Shown one piece after another: positions 10,310 through 21,169 of a stretch of DNA of 64,000 nucleotides (position 1 is the first letter of the stretch; every line of letters starts with the position of its first letter). The stretch spans positions 326,038 through 390,037 of the forward strand of contig JBBDUI010000002.1 in the NCBI GenBank assembly GCA_040903985.1, written 5' to 3'. Below the pieces are notes generated by a model. The model was not told the origin of the DNA and ran no database searches. It saw only the letters and a program-made list of their open reading frames with translations. Source of the stretch: Candidatus Saccharimonadales bacterium. Lineage in GTDB: Bacteria > Patescibacteriota > Saccharimonadia > QS-5-54-17. A program made the translations under genes and the position numbers.

Positions 10310-10741
10310 ATGCCAATCATTAAATCTGCCGCCAAACGTGTGCGGCAAAACGCTAAACGAGCCACTATTAACTCACGTTATAAACGAGAGATGCGCGCTA
10401 GTATCAAACAGCTAGAGGCCGACATCGCCACCAAGAAGAAGACGACTGCACCCGCCTCACTCGCTGCCGCTCAAAAAGCCATCGACAAGGCCGTTAAGAA
10501 AGGTGTGATTCACCAGAACACGGCCGCTCGACGTAAATCACGTCTCAGCCGTAGCTTTGCGGCTACTTTCGATACACCTGCTTCGACTACTAAAACAGCT
10601 AAGAAGACTCCGGCGAAAAAGACCGCACCGACTAAGAAAACCTCAACTAAGAAACCGGCAGCTAAGAAAACAGCTAAGGCCCCAGCTAAGAAGCCGGCTA
10701 CGAAATCGACTGCCAAGAAAACAGCTACCAAAAAGTCCTAG
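10310..10741 (+). CDS. rpsT: 30S ribosomal protein S20 fused to a Lys/Ala-rich histone-H1-like C-terminal tail
   Basis: First ~85 aa align to S20: MPIIKSAAKRVRQNAKRATINSRYKREMRASIKQ...KGVIHQNTAARRKSRL. Last ~55 aa are AKKT/PAKK repeats: TKTAKKTPAKKTAPTKKTSTKKPAAKKTAKAPAKKPATK. Confidence 0.85.
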   Translation: MPIIKSAAKRVRQNAKRATINSRYKREMRASIKQLEADIATKKKTTAPASLAAAQKAIDKAVKKGVIHQNTAARRKSRLSRSFAATFDTPASTTKTAKKTPAKKTAPTKKTSTKKPAAKKTAKAPAKKPATKSTAKKTATKKS

Positions 10742-10771
10742 CACTATAAACTATCACTAAGTATCGACTAG

Positions 10772-10806
10772 CCTACCCGGTAATCTGCCGGGTAGGTTTA
10801 TTTTTA
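10772..10806 (+). terminator. Intrinsic terminator after rpsT
   Basis: CCTACCCGG-TAATCTG-CCGGGTAGG followed by TTTATTTTT. Confidence 0.7.
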
Positions 10807-10809
10807 GGC

Positions 10810-11754
10810 TTAGTTTCTACTCCGTGGTCGACTGACATCGGCTATATAGAAGATCACCCGCTCGATTAGACCCTCTGGGTCGGTAGAACGGCCGGTCTTT
10901 AACTCATAATCGGCTTGTATCACCTGCTGATAGGCCGCAATTAGTGCCTCCAAGGGTATACGCTTAGCCGTCGCCTTCGACTTACTAACCACATACGGAT
11001 TAAGGCCGTGGTCGCGCGCAATCGCAGTGTCCGAATGCTCCCTGCAGCTAGCGATAACTATCAGATTACGTAGCTGCCAGCTAATCATCGTCAGTATCTC
11101 TAACACATGCACGCCCTGCGCACGTAAATCGTCCCAGTAGCGCAGGGCTGTCTCAGTATCCCCGCGAGCTAACACTTCTAGTAGTTCAAATATAGTGTGG
11201 CGGGGACTGGGCAACACCAGACTCTCAATTAATTCAACCGTTAGATCGCTCCTGGAGGCTAGCTTTGCCACCTCCTGGCTTAAACGCCACTGGTCGGAGC
11301 CAACACGATCGAGTAATAATCGAGCCAATTCCGGAGATAACTCGAGCCCTTCGGCCTTAGACTGCTGCTGCAACCAGGCCAGTAACTGAGCATCGCTTTT
11401 CGGTTTAAACTCCTTAAGTTTAGCTTGCTGTTGCAGAGTCTTAAACCACTTAGTCCGTTTGTCGATATTCGGATCTACTAACACTACTACTGTACTCGAC
11501 GGTATCTGATCGATATTAGCTAAAATCTTAGTTTGCAGCTCTTTATTCTGCGATGGATTCTCTACCACTACTAGGCTACTATCGGCAAACATCGGTTGCG
11601 CCGTCAGAGCCGTTAGCACTTGGGTGCTATCACTGTCGCTCTCGAACCAGTGCAGGCCGTAGTTCGAACCAGTACTGCCCTCATAGCGCTTCGCTAGCTT
11701 ACGGACTTGGTCCTTAGCCGCAAAAGTATTCTCACCGTAGAATAGATACACCAT
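10810..11754 (-). CDS. holA: DNA polymerase III delta subunit (HolA)
   Basis: N-terminus MVYLFYGENTFAAKDQVRKL, with the length and helical C-terminus typical of clamp-loader delta. Confidence 0.65.
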   Translation of the reverse strand: MVYLFYGENTFAAKDQVRKLAKRYEGSTGSNYGLHWFESDSDSTQVLTALTAQPMFADSSLVVVENPSQNKELQTKILANIDQIPSSTVVVLVDPNIDKRTKWFKTLQQQAKLKEFKPKSDAQLLAWLQQQSKAEGLELSPELARLLLDRVGSDQWRLSQEVAKLASRSDLTVELIESLVLPSPRHTIFELLEVLARGDTETALRYWDDLRAQGVHVLEILTMISWQLRNLIVIASCREHSDTAIARDHGLNPYVVSKSKATAKRIPLEALIAAYQQVIQADYELKTGRSTDPEGLIERVIFYIADVSRPRSRN

Positions 11755-11779
11755 ACAGGTAGTATCTAGGATTTAAGTC

Positions 11780-12661
11780 TTAGGTTCTAGTCTTGAGCAG
11801 CTGACACTGTGGGCAAATGTGTGTACCGCGGCCAGCTACCCGCAGTTTATCGATCGGCGTACTACACTCCGGACAGGGTTGGTTCGTGCGCCCAAATACG
11901 CGGGCCATTTCGAAATAACCACCACTCTCCCCTTTGTGATTCCTAAAGTTACGAAAAGTTGTACCTTTGAGCTCGATAGCTCGGGTGATAATAGTGATGA
12001 TGGCTTGATGCAGTCGCCTCAGCTCAGTTGGAGACAGATCAATACCGTGGGTGAGCGGGTGAATTCGCGCTAAGTGCAACGCCTCATCGACGTAAATGTT
12101 TCCCAGTCCTGCCACAGTCGACTGGTCCAGTAGTACCGCTTTGATCGGTGATTTACGGCGAGCTACTTTAGCGGTGAAGTTCGAGAACGTAAATTCTGTA
12201 CTCAAAGGTTCCACGCCCATACGAGTGAGTAATGAATCTTGCTCAACCTCCGCCGTTGGTAGTAGTTTTATCCAGCCGAATTTACGCTGATCGTTGAAAA
12301 AAAGTCGATCTCCACCCCTGAAATTGAACACGACGCGGGTGCTATTATCCGGCAGCTCACGCACCATCGATTTTGTAGGATGGCCACCACCGCGCCGCAC
12401 GCCATCAGCGCGCTGCAGGATTAGCTGGCCGGTCATTTTTAGGTGCACCATTAGACTATAGTGGGTGTCGAGATCGACAATCATCACCTTACCCCGGCGG
12501 CGCAGAGCACTCACCTTTGCTCCTACTACCCTATCCGCGATCAGCTGCTCGAGGGCGGGCATCGACTTGGCAAACAGTATCTCCGTGCTCGCAATCAGCT
12601 GTCCCGTTAGCTCTCTCTCCAGTCCACTGCGAATCGTCTCTACTTCCGGTAGTTCCGGCAT
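11780..12661 (-). CDS. mutM: Formamidopyrimidine-DNA glycosylase (Fpg/MutM)
   Basis: Catalytic N-terminus MPELPEVE, H2TH region, and C-terminal zinc finger CPECSTPIDKLRVAGRGTHICPQCQ. Confidence 0.9.
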   Translation of the reverse strand: MPELPEVETIRSGLERELTGQLIASTEILFAKSMPALEQLIADRVVGAKVSALRRRGKVMIVDLDTHYSLMVHLKMTGQLILQRADGVRRGGGHPTKSMVRELPDNSTRVVFNFRGGDRLFFNDQRKFGWIKLLPTAEVEQDSLLTRMGVEPLSTEFTFSNFTAKVARRKSPIKAVLLDQSTVAGLGNIYVDEALHLARIHPLTHGIDLSPTELRRLHQAIITIITRAIELKGTTFRNFRNHKGESGGYFEMARVFGRTNQPCPECSTPIDKLRVAGRGTHICPQCQLLKTRT

Positions 12662-12668
12662 AACTCCC

Positions 12669-13103
12669 CTAGCCCTGTATGGTGCGTTTGAGCATTAAGA
12701 GGCAGACGCCAACGACTCCGAAGGCTAACAGTGAACCGAACGGGATCGTCATAAAGCCTAGAAGCTCGATCTGCTTCTCTGTGCAGGAAACTAGCGAAGC
12801 GCTGCAGACACTAGATACCTGCGGTGACATCTGTAGGACATAGTGATAGAGCGCAACGGCCGCGCCGACTATCACTAGTGGCATACCGTACCAGAAGACA
12901 TCGGTCTTCTTCTGCGCTAGAGCGGCCCCGAAAATAAACGGTAGCGGATACATAAAGGCGCGCTGCCACCAGCATAGTTCACAGGGGAGAAAATCAAGAA
13001 CGTTGCTAAGAATAATTGAGCCTAAAGCAGCTGAAAGCGAGATGAAGAAGGCGGCCTGCAGCCAAAACAGGGGCGTCACAGTAAGTTGTCTGACTTTATC
13101 CAT
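12669..13103 (-). CDS. Disulfide bond formation protein B (DsbB/BdbC-like thiol-disulfide oxidoreductase)
   Basis: Four TM helices. First loop CELCWWQR (CxxC) and second-loop cysteine pair VCSASLVSC. Resembles Bacillus BdbC PPCELCWYQR. Confidence 0.7.
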   Translation of the reverse strand: MDKVRQLTVTPLFWLQAAFFISLSAALGSIILSNVLDFLPCELCWWQRAFMYPLPFIFGAALAQKKTDVFWYGMPLVIVGAAVALYHYVLQMSPQVSSVCSASLVSCTEKQIELLGFMTIPFGSLLAFGVVGVCLLMLKRTIQG

Positions 13104-13142
13104 ACCTATCTCCTTATCGGTCTTGAGTATTAATATAGCAGA

Positions 13143-14075
13143 TTATTGCGGTCGACTGTGTTGGCTCACGCCCTCAACCCAGCGCCCATACTCTGCCCGC
13201 GTCTCCTCTACTGTGCGCCCATTGGTATCGAATAAGACATGCCTGGAATCACTCCCGTCTGGCTGTCTCCCTACGACTAGTTCAACCTTCCCGTGCCAAA
13301 GCCGGGCATCTGTCTCCGTACTCCAGGCTACTAAGTGGTCTTTGGTCAGTGCCATCGGGTCGGCATGGTTACTAGAATCGCTATCCCGCGCGTTACGCTC
13401 ACTAAGACTCCGGGCGCGGGTGCGGACTATTGGATCGTCATTTGAGAGTGTCCTGTAGGGTATATCTTTGTCCCGCGATAGCGTCCTATGAGCTGCCTCG
13501 ACCACATCGACCTTAAAAAAAGCCGGCAGGCCTAGGCGCGCCTGTTGGCGTAAGCGAAGATTCTGACGCAGACCGCGGATCATCACGTTGCGCTCACTAC
13601 GACCGTCGAGGTAGACACTGTCCAACTCCCGCTCGGCCGCATCGAGTACAAAGCGAACCGAAATATTACCGCAAAAGCTCCGCACCGCCTCTTTACGGGC
13701 GAGAAATGAGATGACGTCATTAATCGCATCGTGATATAGAACCTGAGGAATGTTAGCCAGCGGAATATGGTCGGTATCGATGCGTACGCCTTCCACCCCA
13801 AACGCTACCGTTCGACTGAGCGAGTCAGCAAACTGAGCTAAGTGTTCCTCATCTTCGGTGAACGCCCGCGCCTGCTGGCGCAGACGTTCAGTGTCGCTGC
13901 GATCAAAATTAGCATCTGCTTCGGCTTGAACTCGGAGCCAATACTCAGTAACGGCCCGGTAACCCTGGCCAGTATCGAGGTGCGGCACGCCCTGCTTGCT
14001 CAGCCAGCTGCCGATAGTTCCCTTGCCGGATCCACCGGTTCCGTCACCGGTATGTACTAGTACTTCATGGGGCAT
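13143..14075 (-). CDS. cmk: Cytidylate kinase-like P-loop kinase with insertions/extension
   Basis: N-terminus VHTGDGTGGSGKGTIGSWLSKQGVPHLDTGQGYRAVT resembles Cmk IAIDGPAGSGKST...YLDTGAMYRAVT. At 310 aa it is longer than canonical Cmk. Confidence 0.55.
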   Translation of the reverse strand: MPHEVLVHTGDGTGGSGKGTIGSWLSKQGVPHLDTGQGYRAVTEYWLRVQAEADANFDRSDTERLRQQARAFTEDEEHLAQFADSLSRTVAFGVEGVRIDTDHIPLANIPQVLYHDAINDVISFLARKEAVRSFCGNISVRFVLDAAERELDSVYLDGRSERNVMIRGLRQNLRLRQQARLGLPAFFKVDVVEAAHRTLSRDKDIPYRTLSNDDPIVRTRARSLSERNARDSDSSNHADPMALTKDHLVAWSTETDARLWHGKVELVVGRQPDGSDSRHVLFDTNGRTVEETRAEYGRWVEGVSQHSRPQ

Positions 14076-14146
14076 ATTTAATCTCTACCTTCTTCTACTA
14101 CTCCTAGCATAGAGCTAACACTTCAGAAGACACAAGCATGAGCGTC

Positions 14147-16693
14147 TTAGTGCAGCTCGCCCCACGTCTCACCGATCGAAGTATCGACATCGAGCCGGAC
14201 CGCTAATTCCGGAGCGATCGCCTCCATAATCTCCTTGAGCATCTGGGCCACCTGCTTACTCTTGGTTTGGGGCGCCTCCACGATAATCGAGTCGTGCACC
14301 TGCATCACCTGACGGCAGTCCTCATCTAATACTTCCTCCACTCTAATCATCGCCAGCTTCATTAAATCGGCCTCTGTGCCCTGAATCGGCATGTTCATCG
14401 CCGCTCGTTCGGCCCCGGCACGTACCGCGAAATTACTAGAATGAATATCCGGCATCGGGCGGCGGCGCCCCAAAAGAGTCTCAACGTAACCTTGAGACTT
14501 AGCCAACCCTTTCAACCCCTCCAGATAGGTATGCAGCTCCGGGCGCAGATCAAAGTACTTCTTGATAAAGCTAGCGGCCTCTTCCCGGCTCATACCGGTA
14601 GCAATACTCAATCCGTGCGGACTCATGCCATACATCACACCAAAATTAACCGCCTTGGCATTGTAACGCTGCTCCTTGCTGACCTTCTCCGGTTCAACCC
14701 CATAAAGTTCAGCCGCCGTTAACTGGTGGATATCCCACCCGGCGTTAAAGGCCGTAATCATCTGTTTATCCCCACTGAGGGCGGCAGCTAAGCGCAGCTC
14801 GAACTGCGAGTAGTCGGCACTAATTAACACGTTCCCGGATTCGGCCGTAAAGGCCGTACGAATTGCCCGACTCTCTTCGGTGCGCACCGGTATATTTTGC
14901 AAATTCGGATGCAGCGAGGATAGGCGACCGGTCTGAGCCACAGTCTGCGACAGGGTCGTATGTAGGCGCCCATCTTTACCTACCTGCCGGGGCAGAGTAT
15001 CGATATAAGTACTCTTCAGCTTAGTTAGCTCACGGTACCGGCTGATTAGATCGATGACCGGGTGCAGATGACGCAGTTTAGCCAATTCGCTAGCTCCGGT
15101 AGAGTAACCGGTCTTAGTCTTTTTAATCCCGGTGCTATCAAGTTGAAGCTTCTCAAATAAAATCGTTTGCAGCTGCTGGGGGGAGTTAATGTTGAACTCC
15201 TGTCCGGCTGCCTCATAAATCGCCGTCTCCAGCTCCTTAATCCGACCACTGAAATCATCGCTCATTTTCTCCAAATACCCTACATCCAGCTTCATGCCCC
15301 GAGCTTCCATTCGTGCTAAGACTGGGATCAAGGGCCACTCGATCTCCTTAACCACTCGGCTTAAAGCCGGAACAGCAGCCAGTTGATCTCGATAGACATC
15401 GTATAGCTTCCACATTACGGCCAAGATTAATCCGGCCTGAGCTAGGTCCATGTCGTCATGCCGCTCAAACTCGGCTAATTCTACCGTTAATACCTCTTGC
15501 GCTAAAGCCGCTAGCGACTGGCGACGCAGGAGCGGGTTCAGCACGAAAGCAGCCACCATAATGTCAAACTCTACCGCAACCGAGGAGTTAAGCCGGTGCA
15601 AATCAAGCTTAGTGTCAAAACCGATGATCTGGTCCACTTCGACTTGAGAGGACGGCAGTAGGTAGGCCTCGTCTGGCTTCGGGCTAATGAAGGTCAGCTC
15701 CTTCAAAGTTAAGACCAGTGCCGTCTCGCAAGAAAGTTTAGTCTCGCGCCGTTTAACTGTTATCGGTTCAATACCTGGTGCCGCTACCTCAGCCGAGTTG
15801 AACAGGCCAGCCTGCGGTTTCATCCACTCCGGTAGATCGTTCAGGAGACGCCGGAAATTTAACTCCGCAAACAAAGCTTGGATGGCAGCCGGATCACAGT
15901 CTTCAGTCCGCGCTGCAGCCAGATCTAGCTGCACCGGAGCGTCACACATGATCTCAACCAGCTGGCGACTGAGGTAGGCCATATCACGATCAGCCTCTAG
16001 TTTAGCTCGCACGGCCCCTTTAATCTCCGCAAGGTGGGCATAAACCCCATCTAGCGAATCATACTCAGCGATCAACTGTTTAGCCGTCTTCTCTCCTACC
16101 CCAGCCACTCCGGGGATGTTATCACTCGGATCACCACGTAGAGCCTTGTAGTCGATGAACTGAGCTGGAGTCATGCCGAACTCCTCTTGCAGGCGCTGGG
16201 GCGTGTACTCCACGGTCTGAGTCAGACCTTTCTTCAGTGTCAGTACACTAGTATGACCGTTAACCAGCTGCAAAGTATCTAGATCACTAGTCACTAGTAC
16301 TACATCAATGCCCTCAGCATAGGCCTGCTCCCGCAATGTACCCATGATGTCATCAGCTTCGTAGTCATCTACTTCGAGAAATGGCCAAGAGAAAGCTGCA
16401 CACAGTCGTCTCACATCTGGAATCTGCTCCCGTAAGTCCTCCGGCATTGGCTTACGCTGGGCTTTGTACTCAGGATACAGCTCACGTCGAGAGCGGATGT
16501 TAGTCTTCGACATATCCCATGCCACGATGACATAATCTGGCTTAAGATCTTTGATAATTCTCAATCCCATCATAGCAAAACCGTAGGTCGCCCCGGTCGG
16601 TTTGCCCGCCTTATTACTTAGATGAGTCATGGCATAGTAGCCCCGATAGAGGACGCTCTTACCGTCGATTACTACCAGTTTTTTTCTAGCCAT
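14147..16693 (-). CDS. polA: DNA polymerase I (5'-3' exonuclease domain plus polymerase domain)
   Basis: N-terminal 5' nuclease region. Polymerase motifs RRRPMPDIHSSNFAVRAGAERAAMNMPIQGTEADLMK and VHDSIIVE. Confidence 0.95.
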   Translation of the reverse strand: MARKKLVVIDGKSVLYRGYYAMTHLSNKAGKPTGATYGFAMMGLRIIKDLKPDYVIVAWDMSKTNIRSRRELYPEYKAQRKPMPEDLREQIPDVRRLCAAFSWPFLEVDDYEADDIMGTLREQAYAEGIDVVLVTSDLDTLQLVNGHTSVLTLKKGLTQTVEYTPQRLQEEFGMTPAQFIDYKALRGDPSDNIPGVAGVGEKTAKQLIAEYDSLDGVYAHLAEIKGAVRAKLEADRDMAYLSRQLVEIMCDAPVQLDLAAARTEDCDPAAIQALFAELNFRRLLNDLPEWMKPQAGLFNSAEVAAPGIEPITVKRRETKLSCETALVLTLKELTFISPKPDEAYLLPSSQVEVDQIIGFDTKLDLHRLNSSVAVEFDIMVAAFVLNPLLRRQSLAALAQEVLTVELAEFERHDDMDLAQAGLILAVMWKLYDVYRDQLAAVPALSRVVKEIEWPLIPVLARMEARGMKLDVGYLEKMSDDFSGRIKELETAIYEAAGQEFNINSPQQLQTILFEKLQLDSTGIKKTKTGYSTGASELAKLRHLHPVIDLISRYRELTKLKSTYIDTLPRQVGKDGRLHTTLSQTVAQTGRLSSLHPNLQNIPVRTEESRAIRTAFTAESGNVLISADYSQFELRLAAALSGDKQMITAFNAGWDIHQLTAAELYGVEPEKVSKEQRYNAKAVNFGVMYGMSPHGLSIATGMSREEAASFIKKYFDLRPELHTYLEGLKGLAKSQGYVETLLGRRRPMPDIHSSNFAVRAGAERAAMNMPIQGTEADLMKLAMIRVEEVLDEDCRQVMQVHDSIIVEAPQTKSKQVAQMLKEIMEAIAPELAVRLDVDTSIGETWGELH

Positions 16694-16738
16694 CCGAGCT
16701 CCCTAGTTTCTTCAGCCAGTATAACAACCGAATCGGGT

Positions 16739-17827
16739 TTAGCCGAGGTAGTCTCGCAGATCACGTGACTCGCGGTTCTTACGCAGCTTAGCTAAGGCCT
16801 TAGCTTCGATTTGACGAATTCGTTCACGTGTAACACCGAACTCCTGCCCCACTTCTTCCAGAGTATGAGTCCGTCCATCTTCCAGGCCGAAACGCATCTT
16901 AAGAATCTTCTGCTCCCGAGGAGTCAGGATATCAAGCATGACGTTCACATGCTCTTTAAGTAGTTGCTGCGTAGCAGCCTCTTCGGGAGTATCTGATTCT
17001 TCGTCTTCGATGAAATCACCTAATTTCGAATCCTCCTCCTCGTCTCGTACCGGAGCATCGAGGCTGGAGATCTCCTGCTTAATCTTCATGATGTGATCTA
17101 CCTTCTCGACCTCCATCTCCATCTCTTTCGCGATCTCCTCATTGGTCGGCTCACGACCCATCTCCTGGGTCATGCGGCGCTGGGTCCGCAACAGCTTATT
17201 GATCGTCTCCACCATATGAACTGGAATACGAATCGTACGGGCCTGATCAGCTATAGCGCGGGTGATAGCTTGACGAATCCACCAAGTTGCATAGGTCGAA
17301 AACTTAAAGCCTCGAGTCGGGTCGAACTTCTCTACCGCCCGCAACAGACCAGTGTTACCTTCCTGAATGAGGTCGAGCAGATCCAGACCTCGTCCGACAT
17401 ACTTCTTAGCAATCGAAACCACCAACCGCATGTTGGCTTCGGCCATCTGATCTTTTGCCTCCTTATCACCCTCAGTAACCCGGGTGGCTAGCGCTACCTC
17501 TTCCTCAGCTGAGAGCAAAGGAATCTTACCGATCTCGCGCAAGTACAGTCGAACCGAGTCGTCGGCGATGTCGTCGATATATTTATCATCGTTCTCCTCT
17601 TCCTCATCCTCGTCTTCCCAGGTAGTTCCCTTTTCGTTAATTAGCTCGACTCCGGCATCGATAAAATCGGAATGTAGTGAATCGAGAATCTCTAGGTTGT
17701 CCTCCGTCTCCGGAATGTTTTTTATAACTTCTTTATAATCGATATAGCCCTGACTTTTGCCCTTTTTAAAGAGCTTCTCTGCTACATCTTCTAAATTAAC
17801 CGGCGGTTTAGGATCTCGCTTTGCCAA
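16739..17827 (-). CDS. rpoD: RNA polymerase sigma-70 factor RpoD
   Basis: Region 2 [51 protein letters not shown] and region 4 [15 protein letters not shown]...[24 protein letters not shown]. Confidence 0.9.
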   Translation of the reverse strand: MAKRDPKPPVNLEDVAEKLFKKGKSQGYIDYKEVIKNIPETEDNLEILDSLHSDFIDAGVELINEKGTTWEDEDEEEENDDKYIDDIADDSVRLYLREIGKIPLLSAEEEVALATRVTEGDKEAKDQMAEANMRLVVSIAKKYVGRGLDLLDLIQEGNTGLLRAVEKFDPTRGFKFSTYATWWIRQAITRAIADQARTIRIPVHMVETINKLLRTQRRMTQEMGREPTNEEIAKEMEMEVEKVDHIMKIKQEISSLDAPVRDEEEDSKLGDFIEDEESDTPEEAATQQLLKEHVNVMLDILTPREQKILKMRFGLEDGRTHTLEEVGQEFGVTRERIRQIEAKALAKLRKNRESRDLRDYLG

Positions 17828-17843
17828 ACTGGACTCCTTCGTA

Positions 17844-19574
17844 TTATGTAAGTGACTGATACTGTTTTAGTAGTTTCCGGCGCAAATCATCATCTCCGGC
17901 TGCCTCTGCAGCTGCTATTTCCTGACTGATGCGCTGTCTGTGTCGTTTAGTTTGGAGTTCTTGTAGGCGGTGGGTCAAACTAAAGGCCTCAACTTGTCGG
18001 TCAAGCAGTGCCCAGGACCCGTATTCTTCTTCGCCTCTTAATAGTAGTATTTTGACATAGTTTTCTAGCGGTAGCAACTCCTCAGGGATGGCGCTATCCG
18101 TTATATCCTCTCCATGCTCTCGTAAGTAAGCTAACAGCTGAATGGCGAAGTCGTCCAGTTGTTCCGGTTTAACCTCTTTAAGCGCGCCGCGCACATCCGG
18201 GTAGGTCACCGCTAGACTCAACAGCGCAGTACTGACCGTCGTCACTTCATCATGTGTCGGCGTGGCAGTGGATACCGCCTTAACTCGCTTCAAAGTGGCT
18301 GAGCCACCCGGGCTCACCTGAGACAACTTATCCTTCACCGTCGCTGGTGCTACCGCCGTCATATCAGCTAATAGCTTAATGTAATGCTCCTGCTCGACCG
18401 GATCACGTAAGCGACGCAAACTGTCTGCAATACTACTAGTGAAGTCTCGCTTGCCCTCGGCAGTAGCGAGATCATAATCAACCGCAAGAGCTTCGATGAG
18501 CCAGTCCATCACATACTGCTTATCACTCAGTAGCTGCTGCCACTGCTTGGGATTAGCCCGTATCACATCATCCGGGTCAGAGCCGGCCGGCAGAGTCACT
18601 ACCGATAAATTTATTCCGACCTCCTGGGCCAGCGGTACAGCTCGCATGCAGGCTTTAATCCCGGCACTATCGGCATCAAAGGCAAACGTCACTTTATCAC
18701 TCAGACGAGCTAACTGCTTTAGCTGTGGCAGTGTTACAGCCGTACCACTCACCGCCACCACTCGGGCAACTCCAGCCTGATGTGAACTAAGCACGTCTAA
18801 GTTTCCCTCCACTACTACGGATTCGTCCTGAGTGCGGATACTTTCTTTCGCCTGATACAGGCCAAAAACGAAACGGCTTTTGTCGAAGAGTTGAGTCTGG
18901 GGCGTGTTGAGATACTTTGGCATCCCTTCACCCAAGACACGGCCGGTAAAACCGATGATCCGGCCCTGAACGTCAAAAAAGGGTACCATTATTCGCCCCC
19001 AGAATAGGTCTTGTAGCTGTGAACCGCGCCGGCGAGCCAACCCCGCCTCCAGCAGCTCCTTATCGGTAAAGCCCTGTTTAGTTAAGAAGTGGGTCAAACG
19101 CGAACCTTCAGGCGGAGCCCATCCCAGTCGAAACTGTTTAATTGTCGCCTCACTCAAACTCCGACGTTCAGTAACGTACTCCCTAGCGACCGACGAGCGA
19201 CTAAGCTGGATGTGATAATACTGAGCCGCGGTCTCCAGGACTGAGTACAGACGGGCCTTATGGTCCTTAGCTGCTTGGGTGTTAGCCCCACTCCGCTCGG
19301 CGAGTTCGACACCGGCCTTGCTAGCTAACTTCTCTAGGGCTTCCCTGAAAGTTAGTCCGTCGACCTTTTCCACGAAAGTGAATATGTCGCCACCTTCACC
19401 ACAACCGAAACAGTGGTATATTCCCTTATCGGGGCTAACCATGAAGCTGGGGGTCTTTTCATTGTGAAACGGGCAAAGACCCTTAAAGTTACTACCGGCC
19501 GGCTTAAGCTGAACGTACTCGCCCACCACCTCATCAACCCCAAGTCGATCTTTGATCTCCGCCACTTCATCCAT
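17844..19574 (-). CDS. dnaG: DNA primase DnaG
   Basis: Zinc ribbon [30 protein letters not shown] and TOPRIM region [11 protein letters not shown]. Confidence 0.9.
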   Translation of the reverse strand: MDEVAEIKDRLGVDEVVGEYVQLKPAGSNFKGLCPFHNEKTPSFMVSPDKGIYHCFGCGEGGDIFTFVEKVDGLTFREALEKLASKAGVELAERSGANTQAAKDHKARLYSVLETAAQYYHIQLSRSSVAREYVTERRSLSEATIKQFRLGWAPPEGSRLTHFLTKQGFTDKELLEAGLARRRGSQLQDLFWGRIMVPFFDVQGRIIGFTGRVLGEGMPKYLNTPQTQLFDKSRFVFGLYQAKESIRTQDESVVVEGNLDVLSSHQAGVARVVAVSGTAVTLPQLKQLARLSDKVTFAFDADSAGIKACMRAVPLAQEVGINLSVVTLPAGSDPDDVIRANPKQWQQLLSDKQYVMDWLIEALAVDYDLATAEGKRDFTSSIADSLRRLRDPVEQEHYIKLLADMTAVAPATVKDKLSQVSPGGSATLKRVKAVSTATPTHDEVTTVSTALLSLAVTYPDVRGALKEVKPEQLDDFAIQLLAYLREHGEDITDSAIPEELLPLENYVKILLLRGEEEYGSWALLDRQVEAFSLTHRLQELQTKRHRQRISQEIAAAEAAGDDDLRRKLLKQYQSLT

Positions 19575-19665
19575 GGCATTTAGTATATAGGTTTTAGGTC
19601 TAAGGTGTTAGATATTCATCTCAACAACGCTTGACCCTGACAGCTTAAGCGATAATACTTAGGCT

Positions 19666-20154
19666 ATGGAACGCTCAAAACTTATCCTCATCGGCGCTAT
19701 CTTAGGTGGAGTAGCCCTTATCTTATTCATATTGCGAGCCACGGTGGGCGGCAGTGGTGGCATCGAGATTAACCTCCGAGAGAGCCTAACAGATCATCTG
19801 ACCATGATCGAACTCAGTACGACCGCTAGCCAACAGGAGGGCAACCCTGATACCCAAGCTATTGCCGCGAGCATCACTAGCACAGCCGCCAGCGACTATA
19901 CACAGTTGGCAGCGTACTATGAGTCAGACTTTGGCGCTCCGCCCACCGAAGGCGACCCGGAAGCAATCGAAAGCCTGGCCAGAGCGGGAGAGAACTTCAA
20001 CCAAGTATACCGAGAGCTTGTCACTGCTACACTCCAAGCCTCACGCACTAACCTGTTTGCGCTCCAAGCTAACGCCGCTCACGATGACTTCGCTGCTGCT
20101 ATCGAAGTAGCCCTAGCTAATCACGAGGCTCATCTGAGCCGACTAGCGCGTTAG
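19666..20154 (+). CDS. Hypothetical membrane-anchored protein
   Basis: ORF with one N-terminal TM helix (LILIGAILGGVALILFIL). No recognisable domain. Confidence 0.4.
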   Translation: MERSKLILIGAILGGVALILFILRATVGGSGGIEINLRESLTDHLTMIELSTTASQQEGNPDTQAIAASITSTAASDYTQLAAYYESDFGAPPTEGDPEAIESLARAGENFNQVYRELVTATLQASRTNLFALQANAAHDDFAAAIEVALANHEAHLSRLAR

Positions 20155-20218
20155 CTTATCCCCTCCGGAGTGCGTATTATTAATTAAAATAAGTTAAACG
20201 ATTAAGTAGGATATAGCA

Positions 20219-20407
20219 ATGCAACTCAGCACCGGAATGATTAGAGCCATCGTCGTCTTCATAATTACCGCCAGCTTCATCTGGATGCTGCTCTATCTCA
20301 TCGGTCAGGTCGGTCTCAACTTCTTCGCCGAACCCCTGTTGATTATCATCGGTGCTGGCTGGGCGGCCTACTATATTTGGAAGAAGACCGAATACGGCCG
20401 CTATTAA
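20219..20407 (+). CDS. Hypothetical small two-TM membrane protein
   Basis: 62 aa with two hydrophobic helices. Overlaps the downstream gene by 4 nt. Confidence 0.35.
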   Translation: MQLSTGMIRAIVVFIITASFIWMLLYLIGQVGLNFFAEPLLIIIGAGWAAYYIWKKTEYGRY

Positions 20408-21024
20408 AATAGCGTTGGCGTCGCCTTGTAGCCACGAAGATAGTCCGGTACCGCGTACTTACTAAATTCATCCAGTAGGACCTGGCCCGTTAAGAGACGA
20501 CTAAACGCTTCGGCTTCCATCTTCGCTCCCATAAGAGCAATATGTGGGGTCGGCTCGAGCGGTAGGCCGACGTAGCGCAGCACCGTATTAGCTTTGATGT
20601 CAGATAAGCCCTGATAAAGCGGCAGTGGATGATTGAGACGTTTCATCTGCAGATACGCCATCGAATGCAAATCTAGAGCTCTGAAACCAAACGGCCAACG
20701 CAATCGCGAAGGATGCACTACTGCCTGAAGCATCGCCACGTCAAAATGAGTATTATGACCACCCAGCGTGCGCTCCTTGATCGGCTCACTCCACTCGATG
20801 AAGCGGGCCACCGCTTCGACCGCCGTAGCCTTACTATCATCACGTACTTCAGTCTCCGTAAACCCGTTCACTCGCAAGGCGCCTGGATCGATTTCAATAT
20901 TATCTGCGATACAGCACTCAACATAAAACTGGTTCGTAGCATTAGTTAAATCAACTGCACCGATACTGACGATACCGTGCCGTCCCGGCACTAGACCGGT
21001 TGTCTCTACATCTACTACTATCAT
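20404..21024 (-). CDS. DEDD-family 3'-5' exonuclease (DnaQ/epsilon-like)
   Basis: Exo I motif MIVVDVETTGL and Exo II-like motif GHNTHFDVAML. Confidence 0.75.
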   Translation of the reverse strand: MIVVDVETTGLVPGRHGIVSIGAVDLTNATNQFYVECCIADNIEIDPGALRVNGFTETEVRDDSKATAVEAVARFIEWSEPIKERTLGGHNTHFDVAMLQAVVHPSRLRWPFGFRALDLHSMAYLQMKRLNHPLPLYQGLSDIKANTVLRYVGLPLEPTPHIALMGAKMEAEAFSRLLTGQVLLDEFSKYAVPDYLRGYKATPTLF

Positions 21025-21169
21025 AGTACTGCCCCTGTTGATCTCACGATTACTAGCTTTATTGTAGCAGTTGCTGCTAACGCCAGCCTATGCGAGAATA
21101 CGGGTAGGCAAGCAGTGCAAATGTTCGCCTCGTACCTAATCAGGCAGTCGACAAATCTGGGGGTATGTC

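Noticed and set aside
10510-10760. ORFs 10510-10731(-) and 10557-10760(+) overlapping the rpsT tail
   Set aside because: They are shadow ORFs created by the repetitive AAG/GCT-rich sequence encoding the Lys/Ala tail. The S20 reading frame is the only one with homology.
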